From Promethearchaeota archaeon (GTDB lineage Archaea > Asgardarchaeota > Lokiarchaeia > Sigyniarchaeales > SOKP01): a DNA stretch of 64,000 nt. The stretch lies in the NCBI GenBank assembly GCA_048938005.1, contig JBHLMQ010000002.1:64001-128000 (forward strand). The letters run 5' to 3'. The notes under the pieces are model-generated. The model had not been told where the DNA came from. It did not search any database and worked only from the letters and a program-made list of their open reading frames with translations. A program made the translations under genes and the position numbers. This document shows positions 1 through 7,356 of the stretch, one piece after another. The number at the start of each line of letters is the position of its first letter. Position 1 is the stretch's first letter.

Positions 1-2
1 CT

Positions 3-128
3 TTATCTAACATGGAAAATGCTTGTTGGGCGTGTAATGAGCCAATTGATAAATCTAAACCCTCTAAACCGTTTAAAATTGAGGAGGCCGAAGAAGGTTT
101 TAAAAAATCAGAAAAGTTTAAAGACTAA
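3..128 (+). CDS. 3' end of a protein running off the window, carrying the last CxxC pair of a RING-like zinc finger
   Basis: Not in the ORF track. The frame from nt 3 reads LSNMENACWACNEPIDKSKPSKPFKIEEAEEGFKKSEKFKD* (TAA 126-128). ENACWACNEPI aligns with GDKCWSCDNEI and GDKCWVCDNEI at the ends of the RING-like domains at 7357 and 10328. Confidence 0.7.
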   Translation, partial: LSNMENACWACNEPIDKSKPSKPFKIEEAEEGFKKSEKFKD

Positions 129-254
129 TGAATATCTTCTTGAAGAATTTACAGAATATTTTTTACAGAATAGAAACATTAAATAGATGAAATTTAAAAA
201 TTATTTTAATAATATTTAAGTTAAACCTATTAAAAAATAAAAAATGAAACTTTG

Positions 255-515
255 ATGAGAATATCCGTTGAAGATACGAGAACTGGTAAGTTAATAAAAC
301 TCGATGTTAAAGAACACCATCCAATTGAACGTATTATAGACATAGTTATTAAACATATGGGAATTATCAGTGCAGAACAACGCTCTTATACTTTAGTTCT
401 TCATGAGAAAGAATTGCCTAATTCAATTACAATTGAAGATGCAGTACATAAATTTGGTCTTCAAGAAAATGACAAATTATCACTATGGGCAAGAGTTATT
501 GGAGGAAATCTATAA
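255..515 (+). CDS. Ubiquitin-like (beta-grasp) modifier precursor with C-terminal GG plus a 2-residue extension
   Basis: ~86 aa with a ubiquitin-like pattern (MRISVED...GKLIKLDV...YTLV...ELPNSITI...GLQENDKLSL) ending RVIGG-NL. Adjacent to E2, E1 and JAB genes. ATG at 255 preferred over TTG at 252. Confidence 0.9.
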   Translation: MRISVEDTRTGKLIKLDVKEHHPIERIIDIVIKHMGIISAEQRSYTLVLHEKELPNSITIEDAVHKFGLQENDKLSLWARVIGGNL

Positions 516-598
516 ATTAATTATCCAATGATTTATTAATGTTAAAAATTTAAATTTATTTGCTTAAAACATCAGAAAATAAGAGCTAATTATTAATT

Positions 599-1177
599 TT
601 AATCATCAAGTATGATTACTTCATCTTCATCCTGTTCTTCTTCTATTTCTTCAATTTTATATTGTTTTTTAAGATCTTCCATAGTAGTTTTTTTAAAAAA
701 CTCAGCAGCTTCAAGACATATATCATATTTGAGTGGATCTTCTGGATTAGGATTTTCTACTAATTTTTGCAATGCCTTAACTGTAGTTTCTAAATCTGAA
801 AGCCTAGACCATTGTTTCAAAACATTTAAGCAGATATAACCGGTACCGGGGTCTTTAGAAGTAGTTAATTCAACCGGATGAATATTAGGATGGAAAATAT
901 TGGAATACCAAGCAAAATCGATTCCTCCAGGGTAAGGAAAAGATCTGTTGATTTTCATAAAAATACGATGAGATTTCTGAGGAGCTAAATTTTTAGGATC
1001 TTTATAATCTCCTAAAATGAATCCTATAGCTTTAATATTAATTAATAGTTCTATACTATTTTCATGCCAGACTATTGAATCTTTTTCAATTACTTTTAAG
1101 TGTTCTAAATTTTTAATTTCATTATTAATACGATCCTTCCATATTTCAAAAGGCAATTCTGGCATATTTTCTATCAA
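599..1177 (-). CDS. Ubiquitin-conjugating enzyme E2 (UBC fold)
   Basis: FPY motif, IFHPNI, G-YICLNVLKQWS with the catalytic Cys, LQKLVENPNPEDPL, and an acidic C-terminal tail. Confidence 0.93.
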   Translation of the reverse strand: MIENMPELPFEIWKDRINNEIKNLEHLKVIEKDSIVWHENSIELLINIKAIGFILGDYKDPKNLAPQKSHRIFMKINRSFPYPGGIDFAWYSNIFHPNIHPVELTTSKDPGTGYICLNVLKQWSRLSDLETTVKALQKLVENPNPEDPLKYDICLEAAEFFKKTTMEDLKKQYKIEEIEEEQDEDEVIILDD

Positions 1178-1267
1178 GTAAAATTATTATTTAAATTAAA
1201 TTAAAACATTGCATTTTTGATTATATTTGTTTCATAATGAAGTGTTTATATTTTTTATTTGCAAATA

Positions 1268-2152
1268 TTAACTAATAGATTTCTCATATGAACATGTCCA
1301 ACAATTAGGATCTTTTAACTTTTCAATGATATTAAATTTATTTGTAAGTCCATTATAATTTATTTGTTTTCCAATCACAGGTTCTCCTATTTGGGAATCC
1401 CATTTCCCATATTCTTTAAAGTGATCCAAATTTAGAATAAATTTCATAACTTGTTGAGATTGAATTCCTCCTATAATTGAAGTGGTACTTATAATAGTTG
1501 CCATTTTTCGAGTTGTTTCTCCATTTTCAGAATCGATTTCTTGTCCAGTACATGAAAATTTCTTCCACATTAAATCTAAATCTTTATCAGAAATTCCGCA
1601 TTGTAGACATGGAGCATCTTTAACTTCTGAATATACTGCTTGAATAGATCCAAAATGTTCATCTATACCAGAATCAATAAAAGGAATACCAAAATAATGC
1701 GCATAATTATTTGCTTCTAATCGCGCTTCAATATTATCCACACAAGAGCAAATGACATCTGATTTTTTATATATATTTTTATCAATTTCATTTAATTTAT
1801 TTTTATATGTTACAATTTCTACTTCAGGATTTAAAGTTTTAATCGATTCTTTTACAACATCAACTTTGTATTTGCCTTCAATATCATCTTCCATATTAAA
1901 TAAAACACAGCGATTAAGATTCGATCTCTCGATAATATCATAATCAATAATAATTAATTTCCCAATTCCCGTTAATGTTAAGTTCTTTACTAATTCATTT
2001 CCAGTAGCACCAACGCCTATTACCATTACAGTAGCATTAGAAACCTTTGATTGATCCCAACCTGCAATACGTTTTTGGCGATCATATTTATCTGAATCAA
2101 TTGATTCAAATCCAATTATTTTTATATCGAATTTATCTTTTTTTTCTGTCAT
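1268..2152 (-). CDS. Ubiquitin-activating enzyme E1 (ThiF/UBA family)
   Basis: YDRQ, GVGATG nucleotide-binding loop, GNELVKNL, DYDIIERSNLNR, CVDNIEAR, Zn pairs CLQC and CWTC, and a putative catalytic Cys in KKFSCT. Confidence 0.93.
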   Translation of the reverse strand: MTEKKDKFDIKIIGFESIDSDKYDRQKRIAGWDQSKVSNATVMVIGVGATGNELVKNLTLTGIGKLIIIDYDIIERSNLNRCVLFNMEDDIEGKYKVDVVKESIKTLNPEVEIVTYKNKLNEIDKNIYKKSDVICSCVDNIEARLEANNYAHYFGIPFIDSGIDEHFGSIQAVYSEVKDAPCLQCGISDKDLDLMWKKFSCTGQEIDSENGETTRKMATIISTTSIIGGIQSQQVMKFILNLDHFKEYGKWDSQIGEPVIGKQINYNGLTNKFNIIEKLKDPNCWTCSYEKSIS

Positions 2153-2218
2153 TTATTCATGAAATTCTATTCTTATTATTAATTTTAGAACAATACTTAA
2201 TAAATTAAGCTTTATTGC

Positions 2219-2713
2219 TTACTTTTTGGATGATATTATTGCATTACTTACTGCTTTATACTTCTTTTCTGATGATTTGTCAATTGTAAAAAATTTAAAT
2301 TCGTCTCTTATTGGATCTATAACTAATGCTACTTGATATGACTCAGGAAAGAAATATTCTTGAGTATGAATATCGGTTGATGATAAAAAACACCCAAAAT
2401 TAGGATGAGAGTGCCACCATCCAACGATTCTTAAATTATCATCTTTTTTCTTATTTTTTAATTCTTTAAATCTTTTTTCATATTCGCCGGCTTTTCCTTC
2501 AATTTGAGAAGTTGAGAAGTGATTACTATGAACCGCATCCTCAATGAATAATTGTTCTTCAATTATTATGTATATTTTCTCCTTCCATTTTAATATTTTT
2601 CCTATTAAATAACCAAAAATCTCCTTTTGAGAATTATTACTTAAGTCTTTTATTTGATCTAATACTTCTTCGTATATATATACTGGAAATACGAAATCTT
2701 CTTCTATTGACAT
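2219..2713 (-). CDS. JAB1/MPN+ (Rpn11-like) metalloprotease / deubiquitinase
   Basis: EIFGYLIG plus the complete JAMM motif VGWWHSHPNFGCFLSSTD, followed by VALVIDP. Confidence 0.95.
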   Translation of the reverse strand: MSIEEDFVFPVYIYEEVLDQIKDLSNNSQKEIFGYLIGKILKWKEKIYIIIEEQLFIEDAVHSNHFSTSQIEGKAGEYEKRFKELKNKKKDDNLRIVGWWHSHPNFGCFLSSTDIHTQEYFFPESYQVALVIDPIRDEFKFFTIDKSSEKKYKAVSNAIISSKK

Positions 2714-2776
2714 GCCTTCTAAATATAAAGTTAATTTAATTCATTAAAATTCTCAAAATTGATAACATATAAATTA

Positions 2777-5419
2777 TTATCGCGTACTTTGGATAAACTG
2801 ACGCTTTTTCTTCTTTTCTTTTTCCCATTTTTTACGTTCTGAACGAAGCTTGAAAAGATCAATGTCCTTATAAATTAAATTTTCTTCCTTTGGGGGTATG
2901 ATTCTTTCGATTCTCTCCTTTTCTGGAGTATATATAAGAGATTCACCATATTCAGCAATATTAACAAAAAAGCAATAAGCATAAATGGATCTTCGGGCAT
3001 CAAAATGAGCTGCTTTGAAATCAGCTGTAACTGGTGTGTATGCCGGATTAAAAATGAGATCCACTGGGGGTTCAAAATTTTTTAATTCTACTCGTAAATC
3101 CATATCAAGAAAATCTCTACATATTATTATTGCAATTCTACCAAACTCAGTATTACAGACAACCGTTTGTCTTGGAAACGCATCTATTTTTATTCCTTCT
3201 TCAAATTTTTTATTCTCAAAATGTATAATTGCCGGAATATGTTTTTCTTGTTCCCAAATAATTCCATCTGGTCCAATTACACTACATATATTTTGATTAG
3301 TTTCTAGGTTGTGAAATGAGCCAGGAACAATTAACATACCAAAAGATTTAGCTAAATTTGAAATCTCCTCTAAAAATTGACCATAATTGAGATCTATAGC
3401 CATTTCTGGAAATATGAGTATATCAACTTTATTATTATGAGCATTCTTAATCATATTTCTAACTGTATCTAATGTTGATTTAACTTTTTCTTCCCTAAGC
3501 CCTAATAAACCCGAAGCTTTTTCTTCATAATACTCGTTCATGAGATCTCCTGTACTAGACACCCCTATTTGAGCAATCCCAACTCTAAATTCTCTTTTTT
3601 GAATTTTAGGATATTTTTTAAGAAAATCATAATAGATTAGTTTATATTTCTTTTTTTTACCATTATTTTCTTTAACTTTCTTTATTTCTTCCTTTCGAGG
3701 AAATGAGGGTGCTAAAGTATCCATTGTACTCTTAGAAATTACTGGTTCACTAATTGTATTAAGCGCAGATATTATGATTTTTTCTTCTTTTTCGATTAAA
3801 TTCAAGCGATCTAAAACCTCCTTTTCTTTATCTTTGTATCCTGCTTCTCCAAAGAGTTGTGCTGCTGATTTAAACATCCCTGAACCAATGTCTAAAAGGT
3901 TTTTCTTCTCATCAAGGTTTAATTCTTCATCCGCTCTGATAATATACCATGTGGCATCAAAATAAGTTGAAGTAGCAAGTGCCCAATCAGCTTCACTTTC
4001 AAATCCACCTTTTCGATATAAATTAGCTGCATTCCTGAGATTCATTTTAATCTTTGGATAATATTCTGCTTTAACAGATGTCTCACTTGCCTTGTCGAAT
4101 TTAGAACCTAGTTCTAAAGCTTGACAAAAAGCAGAATTTCCTAAAGCTAACGATTTTGATTTATTATTAATAAAATGTTCACTAGCTTTATTAAATAACT
4201 CTACGGCTTCTGTGAACTTATCAGGATTATCATATTCTTCAGCGAATTCCATACATTCCCATGCTTTACAAAGATAATATATTGCATTTAACTCTTCTCT
4301 GTCTTGGTCTTCTATTACATAGGAACATAGATCTTTGAACTGAGATGCAGCACAAGAAAATTTCTCGGCAGCAGTGAGATGATCTCCTTGCTTTTCGAAC
4401 ATCCGTGCTTCTCCTATTTGATCCCAAATTTCCGAATAATCAACCTTTATTTCAACTTGTTCTGCTGGTTGTTCCATTTCAATATATTCCTTTGTATGAA
4501 CTACAGGTTTTTCTTCTGCTGTAATAAGATGTTTCTTTTCTTGCTTGGTCAAAATAGAAGTTCTTAATATTTCTTTTAAAATAAAAAGAATTTCGTTTTT
4601 AGATTCTTTTTTATTTGCAGAAAAACCAAATGTCTTTATAGCAAACATTTCTTCTATTTTTTCTGGATCAAACGCAGAATCCTTTAAATCTTGAAAGTTC
4701 GCAATGATGTAAAAATCTGCTTTATGGACTATAGGTTTTAATAATGACACTAGCTTTTGAGTTCTTCCCAAATTGCTTGCTCCAGAATTTGTAACAATTA
4801 ATATAACATCAACCGAATTTAATAGATCTCTATACAGATTCGAATTATTTACTAATTCTTCTAGATCAAATTCTCTTAAAATGCATTGTTTAATTTCTTT
4901 AAAATCTATAAAGTTTATTGGTTTTTGGATAATCTCAACTAAATCATTATCTAATTTTATAATTGTTTCTCCTGGAAATAAATTCATTATAGTTGTTTTT
5001 CCAACACCTTTTTCCCCGGTTAATAAGATTTTAGGAGGGATGAATATATTTTTTTCTATGAATTCATCAAATTCTTGAAAAACACTAACATTTCCAGTCC
5101 AATTTTCTAAGTATGGTTTATATCTTTTTATAAATTCTTTTTTCATTAATTCAACTTTAGATCTTGCTTCTTCTTCTAAATCATTTATATCTATAACAAT
5201 AACAAAAATACAATTGAATTCAATGGAATATGAATATATAAAATTAAAATTTTTAAAAACAAGAGCTTTTATCTCTCCTCCTTTAATTTCTTTGGCAAAG
5301 TTGCTAATTCCAGTAAGAAATCCACTAATAATGCTATTATCAATGTTAATTTGCTCAATAAAATCCTTAGAATAACAAGGTACTCCTCCTGGACCTATTA
5401 TGAATATCTTTAATATCAA
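2777..5419 (-). CDS. Multidomain protein: longin-like domain, divergent small GTPase, alpha-helical (TPR-like) region and C-terminal nitrilase/carbon-nitrogen hydrolase
   Basis: N-terminal IFII..GG.P.Y...ISGFLTGISNFAKE is longin-like. P-loop GEKGVGKT with G4-like ANFQD and G5-like FSA. Ala/Tyr-rich helical repeats follow. Nitrilase triad motifs IFPEM, QEKHIP and IIICRDF lie after VGIAQ. Confidence 0.8.
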   Translation of the reverse strand: MILKIFIIGPGGVPCYSKDFIEQINIDNSIISGFLTGISNFAKEIKGGEIKALVFKNFNFIYSYSIEFNCIFVIVIDINDLEEEARSKVELMKKEFIKRYKPYLENWTGNVSVFQEFDEFIEKNIFIPPKILLTGEKGVGKTTIMNLFPGETIIKLDNDLVEIIQKPINFIDFKEIKQCILREFDLEELVNNSNLYRDLLNSVDVILIVTNSGASNLGRTQKLVSLLKPIVHKADFYIIANFQDLKDSAFDPEKIEEMFAIKTFGFSANKKESKNEILFILKEILRTSILTKQEKKHLITAEEKPVVHTKEYIEMEQPAEQVEIKVDYSEIWDQIGEARMFEKQGDHLTAAEKFSCAASQFKDLCSYVIEDQDREELNAIYYLCKAWECMEFAEEYDNPDKFTEAVELFNKASEHFINNKSKSLALGNSAFCQALELGSKFDKASETSVKAEYYPKIKMNLRNAANLYRKGGFESEADWALATSTYFDATWYIIRADEELNLDEKKNLLDIGSGMFKSAAQLFGEAGYKDKEKEVLDRLNLIEKEEKIIISALNTISEPVISKSTMDTLAPSFPRKEEIKKVKENNGKKKKYKLIYYDFLKKYPKIQKREFRVGIAQIGVSSTGDLMNEYYEEKASGLLGLREEKVKSTLDTVRNMIKNAHNNKVDILIFPEMAIDLNYGQFLEEISNLAKSFGMLIVPGSFHNLETNQNICSVIGPDGIIWEQEKHIPAIIHFENKKFEEGIKIDAFPRQTVVCNTEFGRIAIIICRDFLDMDLRVELKNFEPPVDLIFNPAYTPVTADFKAAHFDARRSIYAYCFFVNIAEYGESLIYTPEKERIERIIPPKEENLIYKDIDLFKLRSERKKWEKEKKKKRQFIQSTR

Positions 5420-5729
5420 TTGTGATCTCTCGTTTTTACTTACAACTAATTAATTTAATAAAAGATAATAAAATTAATTAAAATGATTATGAAAAAGTTA
5501 TAATTGAAATCAATAAAACCTTGATAATTATAATGAATGTGTATCAAAGTTGAACGAAAAAGAAGAAAAAACTTTATCAAATAGTCCACCACCTAAAATA
5601 ATAGATTCTGAAGATAAGGAAATCTTAGAAAAAAGACCACCAAGCGAGAAAATTCTTTATTTTAACCTTATTAAGAATGATATTACTTTAAAAGAAAAAG
5701 ATAAAGAAGATTTCACTTAAAGCACTTTT

Positions 5730-6299
5730 TTAACTGGAACTTCGTAACTCTGCAAATATAGCTTTATATTTATAATATAATTCTCCTATTATCGCCTTAA
5801 ATGCTTCATTAACTCCTTCCCCTGTTTTTGCTGACGTTATAAAATAACCTAGATAGTTCCTTTTTTTAACAATTTTTTGAATTTTTGTATTGTCTAAAGA
5901 TTCTTTATCTACTAAATCAACTTTATTAGCAAAAACTACGACAGGGATGTTACCACAAAACTGTTTAATATCTTCATGCCAATTTGTTAGATGTTTAAAA
6001 CTTTCTTTACCAAGAGTGTTTTCTTCAAGAGTATATACAATAATAGCAGCTTTACTATCCTTATAAAAAGCAGGGCGCAAAAAATGAAATTCATCTTGAC
6101 CAGCAATATCCCAAAAAAATAGTTTACATTTATCTCCGTCGATAATTTCCTCAAAAACAGAAAATTGAGCTCCAATTGTTCTAATATAATCTTCCTGAAA
6201 ACTCCCTTGTGTAAATTTTCTTATTAAAGATGTCTTTCCAACAAAGCCATCTCCAATAACTGTAATTTTGAATATATACTGGTCTTTAATATCATTCAT
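5730..6299 (-). CDS. Rab-like small GTPase (Ras superfamily)
   Basis: Complete G boxes: GDGFVGKT, TIG, WDIAGQ, NKVD, TSAK. No C-terminal prenylation cysteines. Confidence 0.95.
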   Translation of the reverse strand: MNDIKDQYIFKITVIGDGFVGKTSLIRKFTQGSFQEDYIRTIGAQFSVFEEIIDGDKCKLFFWDIAGQDEFHFLRPAFYKDSKAAIIVYTLEENTLGKESFKHLTNWHEDIKQFCGNIPVVVFANKVDLVDKESLDNTKIQKIVKKRNYLGYFITSAKTGEGVNEAFKAIIGELYYKYKAIFAELRSSS

Positions 6300-6497
6300 T
6301 GTTTCAATTTGTGAATTCTTATATGATCAATTATAAATATCAACAATGGTTTAATATAAAACTTTTCTTTTGATGTATTAAAGTGAAATACAATTATTTT
6401 TATAACAAAAGCTTTATAAATTTGCTTATCAATGTTTATATTACAAAATTGTGAATCTATCAAGTAATTTTAAGAAAATATAATATAAAGAGGGATT

Positions 6498-7310
6498 ATG
6501 ATGGTTACAAGAACAGAAGATAGAATGGAAGTTTTGTTTGGTTTTTTTGGTACGCAAGTATCTGCAATTTTACTAATTATAGCTGCTTTTCTTTCTCCAG
6601 GATATAGCCCATTGAAAGATGCTGTAAGCTCGTTAGGGTGGGGTAATGTAAAATCATTATTCAGTATTAGTTTTGTTGTAAGTGGGTCATTATGCATCCC
6701 TTTTTACATATATCTTGAAAGAGAATTAATAAATATAAAGGAAAGTATTAGAAGGTTAGCAACAGGAGTGTCAATTTTTACTTGTGTATGTATTGCCTTG
6801 GTTGGAATAATTCCAGATAAAACTTACTTGGATATATTTGTATTATTTCACGGTTTTGTAGCATCAGTTAGTTTTATAGGATCAGCAATCTATATTGTTC
6901 TTTATAGTTATTTAATGTATAATGTTCCTAAAGCTAAAATGTATGAAGGACCAAAATTTAAAAAATATATAGCTTATCTCGGCTTCTTCATAGGCTGCAT
7001 ATTAATCGTCTTTTTAATAACAAATACAATTGCTTTAACTTTGTATACGATTACAATTCCTATAATTGAATGGATTTTAACCCTTTCTATTTATTTATGG
7101 ATTACATTGACAGCAATTCACTTAATATCATACAAGTTTTTTAACATCCCTGGTGTTTATTATAGAAGATCAGAATACCCTGAGGCATTGAAAAAGTTTG
7201 AAGACGCACTTCAAATTCTAAATAAACTTAATCTAAGTGAAGAACCTATATCAGAAACTCTAAAAGAAAATATAGAATTCTTGAAAAAAGAGCTGGAAAA
7301 AGAAACATGA
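6498..7310 (+). CDS. DUF998/Frag1-like multi-pass membrane protein with a C-terminal TPR-like helix pair
   Basis: PGYSPLKDAVSSLG and HGFVA motifs with 5-6 hydrophobic helices. The tail GVYYRRSEYPEALKKFEDALQI fits the TPR consensus. Confidence 0.7.
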   Translation: MMVTRTEDRMEVLFGFFGTQVSAILLIIAAFLSPGYSPLKDAVSSLGWGNVKSLFSISFVVSGSLCIPFYIYLERELINIKESIRRLATGVSIFTCVCIALVGIIPDKTYLDIFVLFHGFVASVSFIGSAIYIVLYSYLMYNVPKAKMYEGPKFKKYIAYLGFFIGCILIVFLITNTIALTLYTITIPIIEWILTLSIYLWITLTAIHLISYKFFNIPGVYYRRSEYPEALKKFEDALQILNKLNLSEEPISETLKENIEFLKKELEKET

Positions 7311-7356
7311 TTAATTATAAATAAAAGTGATAAAAAACAGTCATCGAAATTGATTC

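Noticed and set aside
1268-2152. ThiF/MoeB sulfur-carrier adenylyltransferase for cofactor biosynthesis
   Set aside because: It is flanked by E2 and JAB genes, there are no thiamine or molybdopterin genes nearby, and the motifs are E1-like.
5550-5720. 56-codon plus-strand frame (TTG start; LNEKEEKTLSNSPPPKIIDSEDKEIL...) between the longin fusion and the Rab-like gene
   Set aside because: Short, with a weak start and no recognisable motif. It could be a small gene or remnant but cannot be supported from sequence alone.
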